From Vicugna vicugna (taxonomy: Eukaryota), in assembly GCA_013265495.1 (NCBI GenBank), contig MU058213.1, positions 1-64,000 on the forward strand: DNA of 64,000 bases, in the 5' to 3' direction. Under the pieces are notes generated by a model that was given only the letters and a program-made list of their open reading frames with translations, was not told the DNA's origin and ran no database searches. The position numbers were made by a program, and so were the translations under genes. Each line of letters opens with the position of its first letter. The stretch's first letter is position 1. This document shows positions 24,129-36,013 of this stretch, piece by piece.

Positions 24129-24904
24129 TTTTATGTGAGTTTCAAGTGCGCTTTCAGCAGCAGCCACTCCTTTCTTTCTGTCTGCACCATCAAAACTACG
24201 GTGGTTGCAGCTATTAATCATTATAATGGCTACCTTTTATAGAATGCTAAGCTTTATTATATCTAAACCTCACAACCAGTCCCGTAAAGATTTTATTCAT
24301 ATATCCATTTACAGGTGTGGCTTGAAGAGATTAATTGCCCAAGAGTATAGCTTTTACCAAGTGTAGAACTTGGGGTGATAGCCTTAACTTACTATACTTT
24401 GGGGCAGGCCTCTGTGTACCTTTCAGTCTGGAGCACGGCAGAGTAGGTGGTGACTCTTAAGAATGAAGAGAACCTCTCTGAACTTTTTTCTTTGTAATAA
24501 TATTGGTCTCTGACCTCCAGGGCCTGGAAAGGGTACAGCTCAAAGGACTGTTGGCTCTTGACTTGTTAACCAGTAGAAATTTTGCCTCCAGGCTGTGGTG
24601 TAGGGAATCCAAGCAGGCCTTGATTTCTTGGACCCTGTGCTCCATTACCTGAGCCCAGGGCATGAGATCAGTCCTACATGGCACCATTTCATTGCCATAT
24701 TTTCCTCAGGGTATTACTCCAAAGTGCCCAACCATGAAAAAACAGCAGCAACACGTGAAGGTCAAGTCCTCTTTCTCTGACCTTTCCTGGTGTCTTTTAG
24801 AGTATATTAACTCTCAATTTACGGATTCTAATACTACTTGTGGATCCCAAGAGGCATTTTCCTTGTGCATATGTGATACACAAGCATGTGTGATCGTAAT
24901 ATTA

Positions 24905-25125
24905 ACTAACACTTACTGAGCACTTACTGTGTGCCAGGCACTGTTCTAAGCACTTTGTAGGTAATAATCTCATTTAATCTGTAGATCAAGTCTAGGAGGT
25001 AGCTACTATCAACAGTGAAGTCCAGAATCTAGCAGCAGCTTACCCAAATTGACTTAGTACTGAGTGGCAGAACAGGGCTCAGATCCAGGCTATATGGCTC
25101 AGAAGCATGCTCTTATCCCCTCTGC
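24905..25125 (-). mobile_element. MIR SINE
   Basis: ACTTACTGAGCACTTACTGTGTGCCAGGCACTGTTCTAAGCACTTT..CTCATTTAATC..GAGTGGCAGAACAGGGCTCAGATCCAGGC. Confidence 0.85.
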
Positions 25126-27485
25126 TGCCCCTTGCTTTCTTCTCTGTCCTCTCCTTTGTACTAGGTAGCTAACATTTCACAATCTACCTATTTCCAAAGG
25201 ACTGAAGGCTCCTCAAGCAAACTAGGTAGGCATCTAGGGCCATGCCAGGGGATGGGACTATGTATCCCTCCTTTTCGCTAGGACTGCATGCTTTCCAAAT
25301 CACTGTCTCTTCTTTGCAAAGCTTTCCAGGTCTCCCCAGCCTACCATCACCTTTCTCACCTTGGCTTTCCTTTATTTCCCACAACCGTAGTCACCTCTTG
25401 GTATACATCTTTGGTGACATTTTTAGCATGTCTTTATCCTAATGTAACCCAGGTGCTTTTAAGCATGTGGCTTGACTCACACATTAGACTGTAAACTATC
25501 TCTCCTCCAGCCCTCTCCCAGCTGGACCCCTATTAGTCTATGCAGCACATTTGTGTGATATAGTAAAAAGCCTTTGCCTCTGGGAGGATAAACTTTGGAA
25601 AAGGTACCCCTTCAGTGGAATTTGGACTGGATTCCAGGCCCTCCTGCCCCCAGTACCCTACACTCCTTCTCCACTCCATCCTCCACCATCTTCCACCCCA
25701 TGCCAGTCTCCCTATGTCTGACAAAAGGGCTAAAAAGGAGGTGAACATCTGTTAGCTGCATGTAATTTTAAGGTAGGGCCTGTTGAAATTGTTACAGAGA
25801 TTTACAAAAACATTTAAAATATAAATCTGATTTATTCAGTTAAAAGAGTTTAAATCCCCCCAAAAAAGAGAGCCAGCTTAAATGGATGACCAAATGTCCA
25901 AGGAACCAAAGTTGGCTGCAACAAATGCTGCTCGAAACAAATCCAACAAAAGCTTGAGAAAGTGGGAAAGTCTTAGGAAGCTATGGGTTAAATACCCCCA
26001 CCTCCACCCACCACCACTATTTACAAACCATGGCAATTTAGGAAAATCACAAAATCTCTCTCCCAGCCCCGGATTTTGCATCTGTAAAATGGGGCTAATG
26101 ATGCCTGCCTTCCCACCATTCAGAGGATGATGTGATCATTAGAGGAGACAGTGAGTAGTGAAAACACCTAGAGAATCGTGGTAGGCAGAGTTAGGATTTA
26201 GGATCACTATCACCAGGAACTTCTGTCAAGTAATCACCAAAGCAAAAAAAAAAAAAAAAATCTGTATTGCATGAAAAAAAAATGGTGCATGCATTTCAAA
26301 AGCATCAGTTTCTGAAAAACACTTAAGTTTAGGAATAATTGGAGATAGCTGCAGTATTTTGGCTACAAGCAAGAAAAGATGGCATAAGGAAAGAACCCAA
26401 AGAGAGACCATCTTGTGTCCAATTCCTCCATTTCAAGGAGGATTTTAGGGAATGAATTGACACTGCATATAGCTTCTTTTGATTCTAAGACAACCAGCTT
26501 CTTTGCTAAGGGAGACTTCAAAAGGCTTTCTTGTAGAGTTGCCACAGGTTTAGGGTGGACAGCAGGGTTATCAGGAGAAGCCAGGAATGGTAGAACAGTC
26601 CTCCAAATGGAAGAGTGCTAAGCCTTGAAACTGTTCTAAATAAATCACTTTAAAAATGAATCAAAACAGGGAGTAATGGTGCAGGCACTAGGGTTGCAGC
26701 AGATTGGAAAACTCTTTAGGGGTGGAGAGAAATGCCAGACAGATGGGGAAAAACTATAAGAGTCCAGGAAAAGTGGGCAGAGACTAGGCCAAGGGCTTTT
26801 GGTGTGGGTAAAGGCAGGCAATGCATTGCATGTGGAAAATGACCCAAATTATGTTAATGATTTATTCAGTCATTAACTTTTCTAGAACACTGAACTCCAA
26901 CCAAGTACAAAGCATGGTATTAAGATTCTAGTATGGGTAGGTGGAGGGTTGGGAGGGGTGCAGGTAGGACATTAAGAAAATACTGTCTCTGCCTTTAAGA
27001 AGCTTTTGATACAGCTGAGGAGAAAGACACAAATAAAAGTAGCAAGGCTTTATGTGATAAACACCACAGGAAAAGAGTATGCAAATTATGGAAGTGAAAG
27101 CATAGGGATTGATGCTGATCAGAGGAGGAAGACGGGGAATCAGGGGAATCAGGAGCTGTCTCCCAAAGAGGCAGTCTTTCTGGTCTTGTGGCATCATTAG
27201 GATTCTGCTGGAATTAGATGGCAGAGTGCTCTTGGTGATGGCATAGGATGTGTATTCAGATGTATTTTGAGTATTTTCACAGAAGGCTTTGGTCTTAAAG
27301 GGCTATTCAAGCCCTAGTGAATGTTGGGAATGTTTAGGAGAGTGTTAAATGTGAAGAGGTCTGTGTGAGCCAATCCTCATCATAAATAAGTTAAACCATG
27401 TTGTTATCTGCATCCAGTGTGGCTAAAAATGTCTGGCACCCTTTAAAAGGCTGTTATTGCTAAAGTGCGCACATACAGATAACTT

Positions 27486-27675
27486 ACAAAGAGGTTAATG
27501 GGAACCAGCTGAGCTGGAGTGTGGTTACCCTGGGTTTTCAGGATACAAGAGTCATTTAGAAGCTCAGAGGTGGTGTCTCAGGCTATTCTGGAACTAAAAG
27601 ATTGTCTACTCCAAAACCAAAGGAAGGAGCAGGCCAGGCTCATCCAAGACCTTTATATAAACCTTATCAGATAAA
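27486..27675 (-). promoter_or_regulatory. Candidate TATA/GATA promoter and ~100-140 nt untranslated first exon
   Basis: GATA palindrome TTATCAGATAA at 27664-27674 and TATATAAA at 27659-27652. Minus-strand donors are CAGG|GTAACC (GT 27528-27527) and TTT|GTAAGT (GT 27487-27486). Confidence 0.4.
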
Positions 27676-28879
27676 TGAGTAATAAGTATTATTAACATGC
27701 CCTACCAGATTTTTTTTTAAATAAAGATGAGAAGATGCTTTCGGTTAACTGTAAGTCAAGGACATAAAGATAGTAAGTATGTTTTTTTCAATTTATTATT
27801 TGGTTTTTTAAGTTGTTTTAGTTGAAAATAGTTATTTCATCACAGATGGCACAGTGCTTTGATACAGTCCACACTTGAGCACTTGTGTTATATACAACTG
27901 GCAGGAATATCAACCGTTGAACAAAATGCTGTGGGGGTTAAGGGGAGGCACAGAGTCATTCTTCCTGGAGTAATCAAGGAGTGCTTTATAGAGATCATGA
28001 TGGAGGAAGAGGATTCCAAGGAGTTAAGTGTGAAGGCCAGTCCTTCCAGGGAGACAGAACAGCATGCACGTGGGGGCCCACTGCAGAGGACGATGGGTAA
28101 AATACTGGAGTCCTCTGAATTTGGGCAATCTGTCACTGCCCACCACCCCAGCCTCATATTCAGTTGTCATTTTCTCTCCGAAGGTCTCCCTCTTCCTTCC
28201 TATTCTGTGTCACCCATGAGATAAGGGCTTTTGTCAGCTCTCCCTGGGAACAGAATTACATGAATGCCCCTGCCCCTATTCTCTCCTTCCACTAACTCTT
28301 CCTCCTTACTACTGACAGCTTTTCCAAAATCTAGAGCTCGCCATGTCACTCCTCTACTGAAAAACTTGAAGACTCCCTTACCCAATGTTCATTTTTATTT
28401 ATATGGGGTTTTCCCATTTTTGGCAAAAGAAAATATCTGGATTTCCTGTTCTGCAGTAAAGAAAGGATAATTTTAACTTAAATCTGGGAGAAAAGACTTC
28501 AGTGACAAGTTCTGACCATTAGACAATCCCATGAGGGCAAATGTTTGCTTCCTCTTTCGGAAGGAAAGAGCATGGAGGAGCATGGGCCATCAAGTAGAAC
28601 TCTGCGTTGTCACGTGGTCACTTTTCCGGAGGCTGGCCCAATGGATTATGGGAGAAGGGGATAAAGAAGACATCACCCACCCCCATGGAGCTTATAGTTC
28701 CAGCAGAAGGAACAGTACACAGATAATCATCCAAATAAGTACTTAATTGCAGTTCTGTGATAGAAAAGGTAAGAGTTCAGGAAAGATTAATCCAAGCTAG
28801 ATAGAGGTGGATTTAAGGCCTTGGGAAAAGTTGAAATTGCCAGTGGAGAGTATGGTAATGAGAACTCCCAAAGAACTCA

Positions 28880-30660
28880 AGAATTTAGAATTTGGAGGAG
28901 GAGGAACAGGCAAAAGATCCTAAGAACAGTCAGAAGGTATAAAGAAGACCAAAAAAGTATTTTTATCACCAAAGCCAAGAGGAAGAAAGTTTAACCGCAT
29001 TGAATGCTCCTGAGAAGTCAAGTCTGATTAAGGTGGAAAATTCATATTGGGTAAAGCAAAAAGGCTATTGGTGGCCCCAGCAAGAGCAGTTGCCGCAAGG
29101 TGGTCAAGTGGGAAGCCAGAATGGAAAGGAGAAAAGGAGAAAGAGGCAGGGTCTGTACATATCTCTTAAATTACAAGCTTGGCTGTGAAAGAAGAGTAGA
29201 CAGAACAGTAGGTGAGAGCTTGAGTGATGTGTGGAGTTAAGGGAAGTTGTGTTTGCTTGACTTTATTTGTAATGGAGAATTCTAGCATGTATTTGAGTGC
29301 TAAAGGGAAGAATCCAGGTGTGAGGAAGAGGTTAAATATTTGGAAAGGAGAAGGTATACCTACTGGAACAGGATCCTTGCACCTTAGGTAGGAGAGGATG
29401 AGATCCGGTGCACATGTGGAGGGACTGGCCTTGGTTGAAGGAGGGACATGCCCTCCCTTGTACTATATGTGGGAGGAGAGGGCAGGTGCAAATGCAGTCC
29501 ATCAGTTTTCTCTGCCAGGCTTCTGTCTGGGAGTAAAGGGGTTGGAAGCATAAAGCTCTGAGAGGAAGAAATGAAATGTGATTGTGAAAGTGGCAGAAGC
29601 TTCTAGAAAAGCATGGTAAAACTGCTAAGCAGTGTTGAGGACCCTAACAAGGTTGGAGAACATGAAGTTGGAGCCACACCCAAATGTGCCATATTCTCCA
29701 GTCACACTGATCTGCTCAGACACAGGCATAAATAAGTCCTAGGGGCTTTGCCAGGCAAGGACCATCAAGAGGGACACGACAGATTTAGTAATATTTTTAG
29801 GACACCGTGGGAAGAACTATGCCCTCTAAGCTAGATACAAAAGGAAGTAAAGATGGGAGGATGTTCATGGGCAGAGAGAAAGTGGAGGGACCACAGGCTT
29901 GGAGATTTCATTGAGGCTGGAAGATAGTGAAGGAACTTGAGCAAATGAGCTGGAAGGTTGTGGTGAGAGAATGACATTTCAGAGGACGTGCAGTTTCTGA
30001 TGATGTCAAGGTCCCAGCTGCACCCCTGGGAGTGTGCTGAAGTGGAGGGAGAAGGCTGTTGAAGGTGCATTCATCAGGGAACTCTGCAGCGAAGGTGTTG
30101 CTTATATCAGCCATAAGGACATTCAGCTGCTGAGGATGATGGGGTGGAGAGGAAGACACAGAGAAAGAGGCTAAGCCTTCAGTGACTAGAGGAGTCAGTG
30201 TGAACCTTAAGGAGCTTACAGTATTTTAGAAGGAAAAGGGGAGCAGTGGTCCAGAAGCAGCACGCTGGAAGACCAACCCCAGCTCCCAGCACTGAATCAG
30301 GGGATGTATGATAGAAAACACATCTTCTTCTTGAGAGGGCAGGCAGGGTCAGCCCAAGTTCAGGGAAGTGATGGAGTTGGAAAGATAACTGGGGAAGAAG
30401 GAGAGTTTGGTGGAGCCTGGGGAAGTAGGGAATGGGAGCTGGAATGGGGGGAGGGCATGTAGAAAGCAGTAGCAATTCCTGGAATAGCAAGAAGACTTGG
30501 TGACAGCTGTAGCATGTATCTCGGTGAAGTCTGGGGATACTTAATACTCTCAAATGAGTTCAGCGGCTTCAGCTTTGGATACTTTGTAGAGGGCAAGGCC
30601 ACCCGAATTATGACAGGCATGGTTTACAGATCATGGTTTCTGAAGCCCTTTATGTCACTT
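28880..30660 (-). mobile_element. L2 LINE remnant (degenerate)
   Basis: Purine-rich L2-like text: GCATTGAATGCTCCTGAGAAGTCAAG, AAGCTTGGCTGTGAAAGAAG, CATTTCAGAGGACGTGCAGTTTCTGATGATGTCAAGGTCC. Boundaries are approximate. Confidence 0.65.
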
Positions 30661-32926
30661 TAAAGTGCACAGATGATAAATTATACAAAACAGATGTAGC
30701 ATTGGTCCACCAGCTTTACAGAAAAACATGTAAGTAATCAGACATCTGAGCCAATGAAATTTTTTTGTGTATTAAGTCCTATTTTATCTGCCTTTCCAGT
30801 CCCTTCCCCTGCCATTTGCCCAACACCCCACCCAGCTGTACCAAACCAATCCTAACTTCCCAGGCACACCGCCCCAATTCTGGCCTCTGAGATTTTGTGT
30901 GTATGCTTCTCCAGTATAACACCTGGGCTGGAGGCAGGTTAGCTAGTGTTACCTGGTTAGCCTTTATTCCTTCTCCTCATTAAATCAGCTGAGCATTTTT
31001 CATTGCCTCAGGGAAGCAGAGTACAGAGGGAAAGAAACACTTTCTGGGCTTGTGGGTTTCAAAAATCTAGGCTCTATAGCGGTAGGCAGGACTGGTCACA
31101 GTGGCGGCTTTGGGAAAAGAAATGTGGGATAGGAGCAATGCTTCTTACTCCCTCCTCCCACAGAGAGATGAAATCTTCTCAGACTGGAGGGAGGAGGAGA
31201 GACAGAAGAGGACAGCTGAGAGACAGGGCAAGTTGCCTGGATAAAGATGCCCTAGGATCTTGCTTCTTCCCCAGGCTCTGCAGGAAGCAAGGCACAGACT
31301 GCTTTGCTCCTGTGCTCCCCTCTCCTAGTGGGAGTTTGTCATTAACCCACCCAGCCTGCTAGCTTGTCTCATTTTGGCTTACATTATGCTTTAAATTTGC
31401 TTTCACTAACATTATTTAAAGTTTCGAATATCTTAAATTTTAGAAGTCCAGATTTCAGGCCTCTTCAAGGAAAATGCAGAAGATCGACCCACACTGGACC
31501 CACATTCCCTGTGGCAACAATCTGCTGTCCCTTTCAACAGGGCAGGCGCTACCCAATTCCCTTTGATTATTACCCTCTGACCGATGCCCACCAGGCCTTT
31601 GTGGCTGTAGGGCCTCAGATCCCCGATGCCCAGGGAGCTGAGTGCCAAGCTACAGACTAGCAATTAGGACCAGACTTGACAAATCGAGTTATAGCCTCAG
31701 AGACAAAGCAAATCTACTTTCCCCAACACTGAGAAAGTAGCTGGTTTCCTTGGTGGAAAGCTACAGTAACCCTCTGCTCACTCCTCAAGTTTGCCCAGAT
31801 TCAGCAGAGGAAAGACTTATCTTTCACCTTGCAAAAGACTCAGACGTGACCCTTCTCTGCCAGGTTCAAAGAAGAATATGTGATAACACTCTCACAGGTC
31901 ACATTACCAGCACAAGGATTTCCTCTCATTAAAAAGGCATTTGCACATCTGCTGACAGAGCAGGGCAAATGTTGGCACAGCCTGAGAGGTTAAACTATAC
32001 ACCCAAGGTCTCACAGCTAATTAGTGACAGAGTTTAGAACTCAGGCCTCCTCTTTTCCCAGCCAGTGCCCTTGAAGATTGGACCGTTTCATTCTGCCTTG
32101 GAAGCCCTTCCTTTCTCATGCAAATAGAAATACTTCTGCCAGTTCTTTCTCCAACCACAGAGTCAAGGATGAGGCCACAGTTTTGATCACACCTCGACTC
32201 AATCAAATTTTCCATGTTTATTTTTACTTCTAAACTATGGGTTTAACAGATTTTTAGAGCGTGTTTTCTAAAAAGAGCTTATATTTGCTCTTGCCCTTTC
32301 AGAATAAGCTTTCTAAAGCTGACCTGAACTGTGTGGAGACAGCCAGAAGGCAAAGAACCAACAAAGCAAAGAGATACCACTAATCTCCAATGGGCCTCGG
32401 CACATGAAGATTTTCTAGGTCTATTCTTCCCTTTCGCTCTTTTGTTGCAGCTGGATCATTGTCTGACTAGGAGCATTCATTCTGGAGGGAAAGGCAAGAT
32501 ATTGAGTGAGCTTGATGCATTTTACTACTCTCTCTATGGACTTGGCTGTTGTCATGGTTACTTTTTTCAAAACACCGATTTGGGACTTTCACCCTTATTC
32601 CACAATGGAGAGGAAATCAAAGAACAGGGTGGTCAGCATCCAGGGGAATCTTATGAGAACAGGACTTTCCTTGCTTCTACCCCAATATGCTTCCTACTCT
32701 GGAGGGCAAGCCTGCCCTATGTTCCAGACTTTTCATTGCAACGCTTGGATCTCTATCATTCCTAGGCAGGCTGAATTGAGCCACATTTTTCCCCTGAGGG
32801 TGGTGGAAATCTCTTAGGGACAAAATCAGCCCCATGCCTGTACTGGTGGCGATCCAGAGTTGAAGTGCCTGGGCAGGTGGATCTGGAAGGAGCTGGGTGA
32901 TGATCTCAAGCAGGCGGCCCCGCAGC

Positions 32927-33462
32927 CAGCACCAACAGAAGTTGCATGGCCCAGTGCAAAGTGAAAATATGGAGCCCCTTATTCAAACAGCAGGGGTAAA
33001 AAAGCCTTTTCCTTTCTTCTGTGGTCTTTCCACATGTCATGGTGTTTCAAATTTGCCATTTAACGTTGTGCTCCCACAGGCACAAGGATACTTACAGGGC
33101 AAATGCAGACCCCTCACAGGTGCCCCGGGGCCCCACCCTGTGACTCAGCCCCCTGACTGTGCGCCAATCCCATTTCTCCCCACATCTGTGCCCAGCAGTG
33201 TTCACTGGGCGGGACAGAGGAGGAGCAGGCAGTCTAAAACTTGAAAAACTGCAGGAGGTGAGACCCTGTGTGAGCCAAGGGTCCAAGTTCCTGGCACATC
33301 CACTGTCCCATTAGACTTTGCTTACAAAACACAAATTCAAAGATAAAATTGTTAAGAATCAATATGGTGGCTGCAGATCATTAAACAGCAAGCACGGCTC
33401 CTTCTGAGTGCTGGGCCCTATGTGACTCCAGTGGCTGATTGCCTAGGCAGCTGGCAGGCCTG
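32927..33462 (-). mobile_element. hAT-Tip100 DNA transposon (MER45 family)
   Basis: GGCCCAGTGCAAAGTGAAAATATGGAGCCCCTTATTCAAA at one end and TTAAACAGCAAGCACGGCTCCTTCTGAGTGCTGGGCCCTATGTGAC at the other match MER45 termini as recalled. Confidence 0.75.
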
Positions 33463-33740
33463 CTCCTGTGTCAGAGGGAAGGGTCCTCCCTCTGCAGACC
33501 TCAGTCTAGCAGGCAGGAAGCACTCAAGGGAGCTTTAACTCGACAGCTGATCAGCACTAGGCATTGTTCTTTCCTCCACTCCTTCTCCCAGCCTAGGAGA
33601 AAGGCAGATACTCAATAGACAAATAGGAAAGCAAAGTACCAGACTCACTCCTCCCTATGTTTCTTCTAGGACACTGTTCAAATCTTTCTACTGTGTAGGT
33701 GGGATTGCATTAGTTACACCAGCCCTCATCTCCCTCCATC

Positions 33741-36013
33741 TTTTTAAAACCATTTTGTTGAGGCATAATTGACATACACTAAACCTCAAATATTTAAAGC
33801 ATACAATTTTATGAGTTTTATCTCATATGTATGATTGAAACCATCACCAAAATCAAGATAACATTTTCATCACCCTCTTGTAATCCATCCCTTCCTCCAC
33901 CCCATTCCCAGACAACTACTAATCTGCCTTCTGTCACTATTGATTAGTTTACACTTTCTAGAATTTTATCTCAGTGTAATCATACAGTCTGTATTCTTTT
34001 TTGTCTGGCTTCTTTCAGTCAGCATGTGAATTTTGAGACTCCTTCATGTGATTGTTAATATCAGCAGTTAGTTCCTTAATATTGCTGAGTGATATTCTAT
34101 TGTATAGTTAAGCCATAGCTTATCCATTCATTTATTAATGATCATTCAGGTTGTTTCCCAGTTTTTTTGGCTATTCAAATAACACTACTATGAACACTAG
34201 AGTACAAAAATGGAGTAGCTGTGTTGTATGGTTAAGTATACGTGTAACTTTTTAAGAAACTGCCAAATTATCTTTCAAAGAAGCCGTTCCAGTTGCTCCA
34301 CATTCTCACCAACACTTGGTATGGTCAGTCTTTTAATTTTAGCCATTCTTAAAAGTATCTGATTGTGGTCTTAATTTGCATTTCCCTAATTACTAATAAT
34401 TTTGAGCTTTTTAAAGTGAGCATACTGGCCATTCATTTATCTTCTCTTGTGAGGTATCTGGTCAAATATTTGCCCTGTTTTTTAAAATTGGTTTGTTTGT
34501 CTTAATGAATTTTAAGAGGTTTTTAAAAAAACATTCTGGATTCAAGTTTTTTGTCTAGTATATGTGTTCCAAATATTTTCTCCCAGTCTGTGGTCTGCTT
34601 TATTTTCTTAGTATCGATTGAAGATCAGAAGTTTTTAATTTTTGATGAAGTCCAAGTATCAATTTTTCTTCTATAGTTCATGCTTTTTCATATGTTCTAA
34701 GGAAACTTTGCCATGTCAAGGTCGCAAAGATTTTTCTCTTGTTTTCTTCTAAAATTTTAATAGTTTTAGGTGTTACATTTAGGTCTATGATTCATTTTGA
34801 GTTAACTTTTGTGTTTGGTGTGAGGTAAGGGTTGATGCCTACCCCTCACCCCCACCCAATGTGGATATCCATTTGATCCAGCACCATTTGTTGAAAAAAC
34901 TCTTCTTTTCCCATTGAATTGCCTTGGTACCTTGGTTTAAAATTGGCAATATGTTTCTGGACTCTCTGTTCTATTCCATTGATCTATGTTTATTTTTTGC
35001 CAATACCAAACTGTTTTGATTACTGTAGCTTTATAGAAAGTATTGAAACGTGAAGGTAAGGTTGGTAAATTGGAAGAGAAGTTCTCCAACTTTGTTCTCT
35101 TTAAAAACTACTTTCTATAGTGGCTATGGAGGTGTGCTGTTCAGATCTTCAAAAGAACCTGCTATTGGGAGCATAGTTGATGGCTCCACCCTGTGGATTC
35201 ACTGTTCACAAAAAGGCCATCTTTTTCTTGGTAGCTCCCAGCCAATGACTAAGTATGGTAAGGGTACTAGTGATAGCCCATTCCCGCCAATGCAGGACTC
35301 TTCCTATGGGCAATCTTTTCTTGGGGATGCCCCTTTCCTGACTAAAACTCTCAGAACTACATTGTAGTCTGAAGCCCTTTCCCAATTCTTCCTCCCCTCT
35401 CTCCTTTCATAGGTGTTAGACCTGCATTGGGATCTGATAGCTTCCTTGTCTGCTTCTGCTCTCTCCCCTTTTATCCTTCCTTGCCATTTTCCTCTATAAA
35501 TCTCTTGCATATTTAAATCCAGTCTTGCTGCCTGCTTCTCAGAATTCCCACACTTTGGTTATCCAAGGTTTTTTGCATTTCTATATAAATTTTAGAAATC
35601 GGCTTGTGAAATTCTACAAAACAAACAAACAAACAAACAAAAAAGCCTGCTGGAATTTTATTTGACAGTTTATTGACTCTACAGAACAATTTAGGCAGAA
35701 TTGCCACCTTCACAGTATTGTCTTATGTCACAAATCTGATATATCTCACCATTTATTAGGTCTTCTTCAATTTATCTCAGCAGTGTTTTGTGCTTTTCAA
35801 TGTAGAGGTCTGAGACATCTTTTGTTGGATTTATTCCTAAATATTTTTATGGCTTTTGGTACTACTGTATTGAAATTGTTTTTAAATTTTTATTTTTCAA
35901 TTGATTGCTAATAGTGTATAAGAATACAATTGAATTTTGTATGTTAACCTAGTATCCTGAAACCATGTTAAACTAATTGCTAGTCTCAGTAGTTTTGTCT
36001 CAGATCCCCTTAC
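33741..36013 (-). mobile_element. Old LINE-1 3' portion (L1MB/MC-type), interrupted by a solo LTR
   Basis: The 3' end reads TTTTGTTGAGGCATAATTGACATAC. The ORF2 fragment KVAILPKLFCRVNKLSNKIPAGFF (35713-35513) is homologous to [36 protein letters not shown] is also present. Confidence 0.85.
35116..35552 (+). mobile_element. Solo ERVL LTR (LTR16B-like) nested in L1
   Basis: Internal CAGCCAATGACTAAG..GGTACTAG..CCAATGCAGGACTC..GGGCAATCTTT and terminal ATAAATCTCTTGCA..GTCTTGCTGCCTGCTTC..CA resemble LTR16B. A 5-bp TSD-like pair CTTTC (35111) / CTTTG (35553) flanks it, and L1 text resumes on both sides. Confidence 0.75.

Noticed and set aside
32331..32765. 144-aa plus-strand ORF
   Set aside because: Non-ATG start, no homology recognised, no supporting gene structure.
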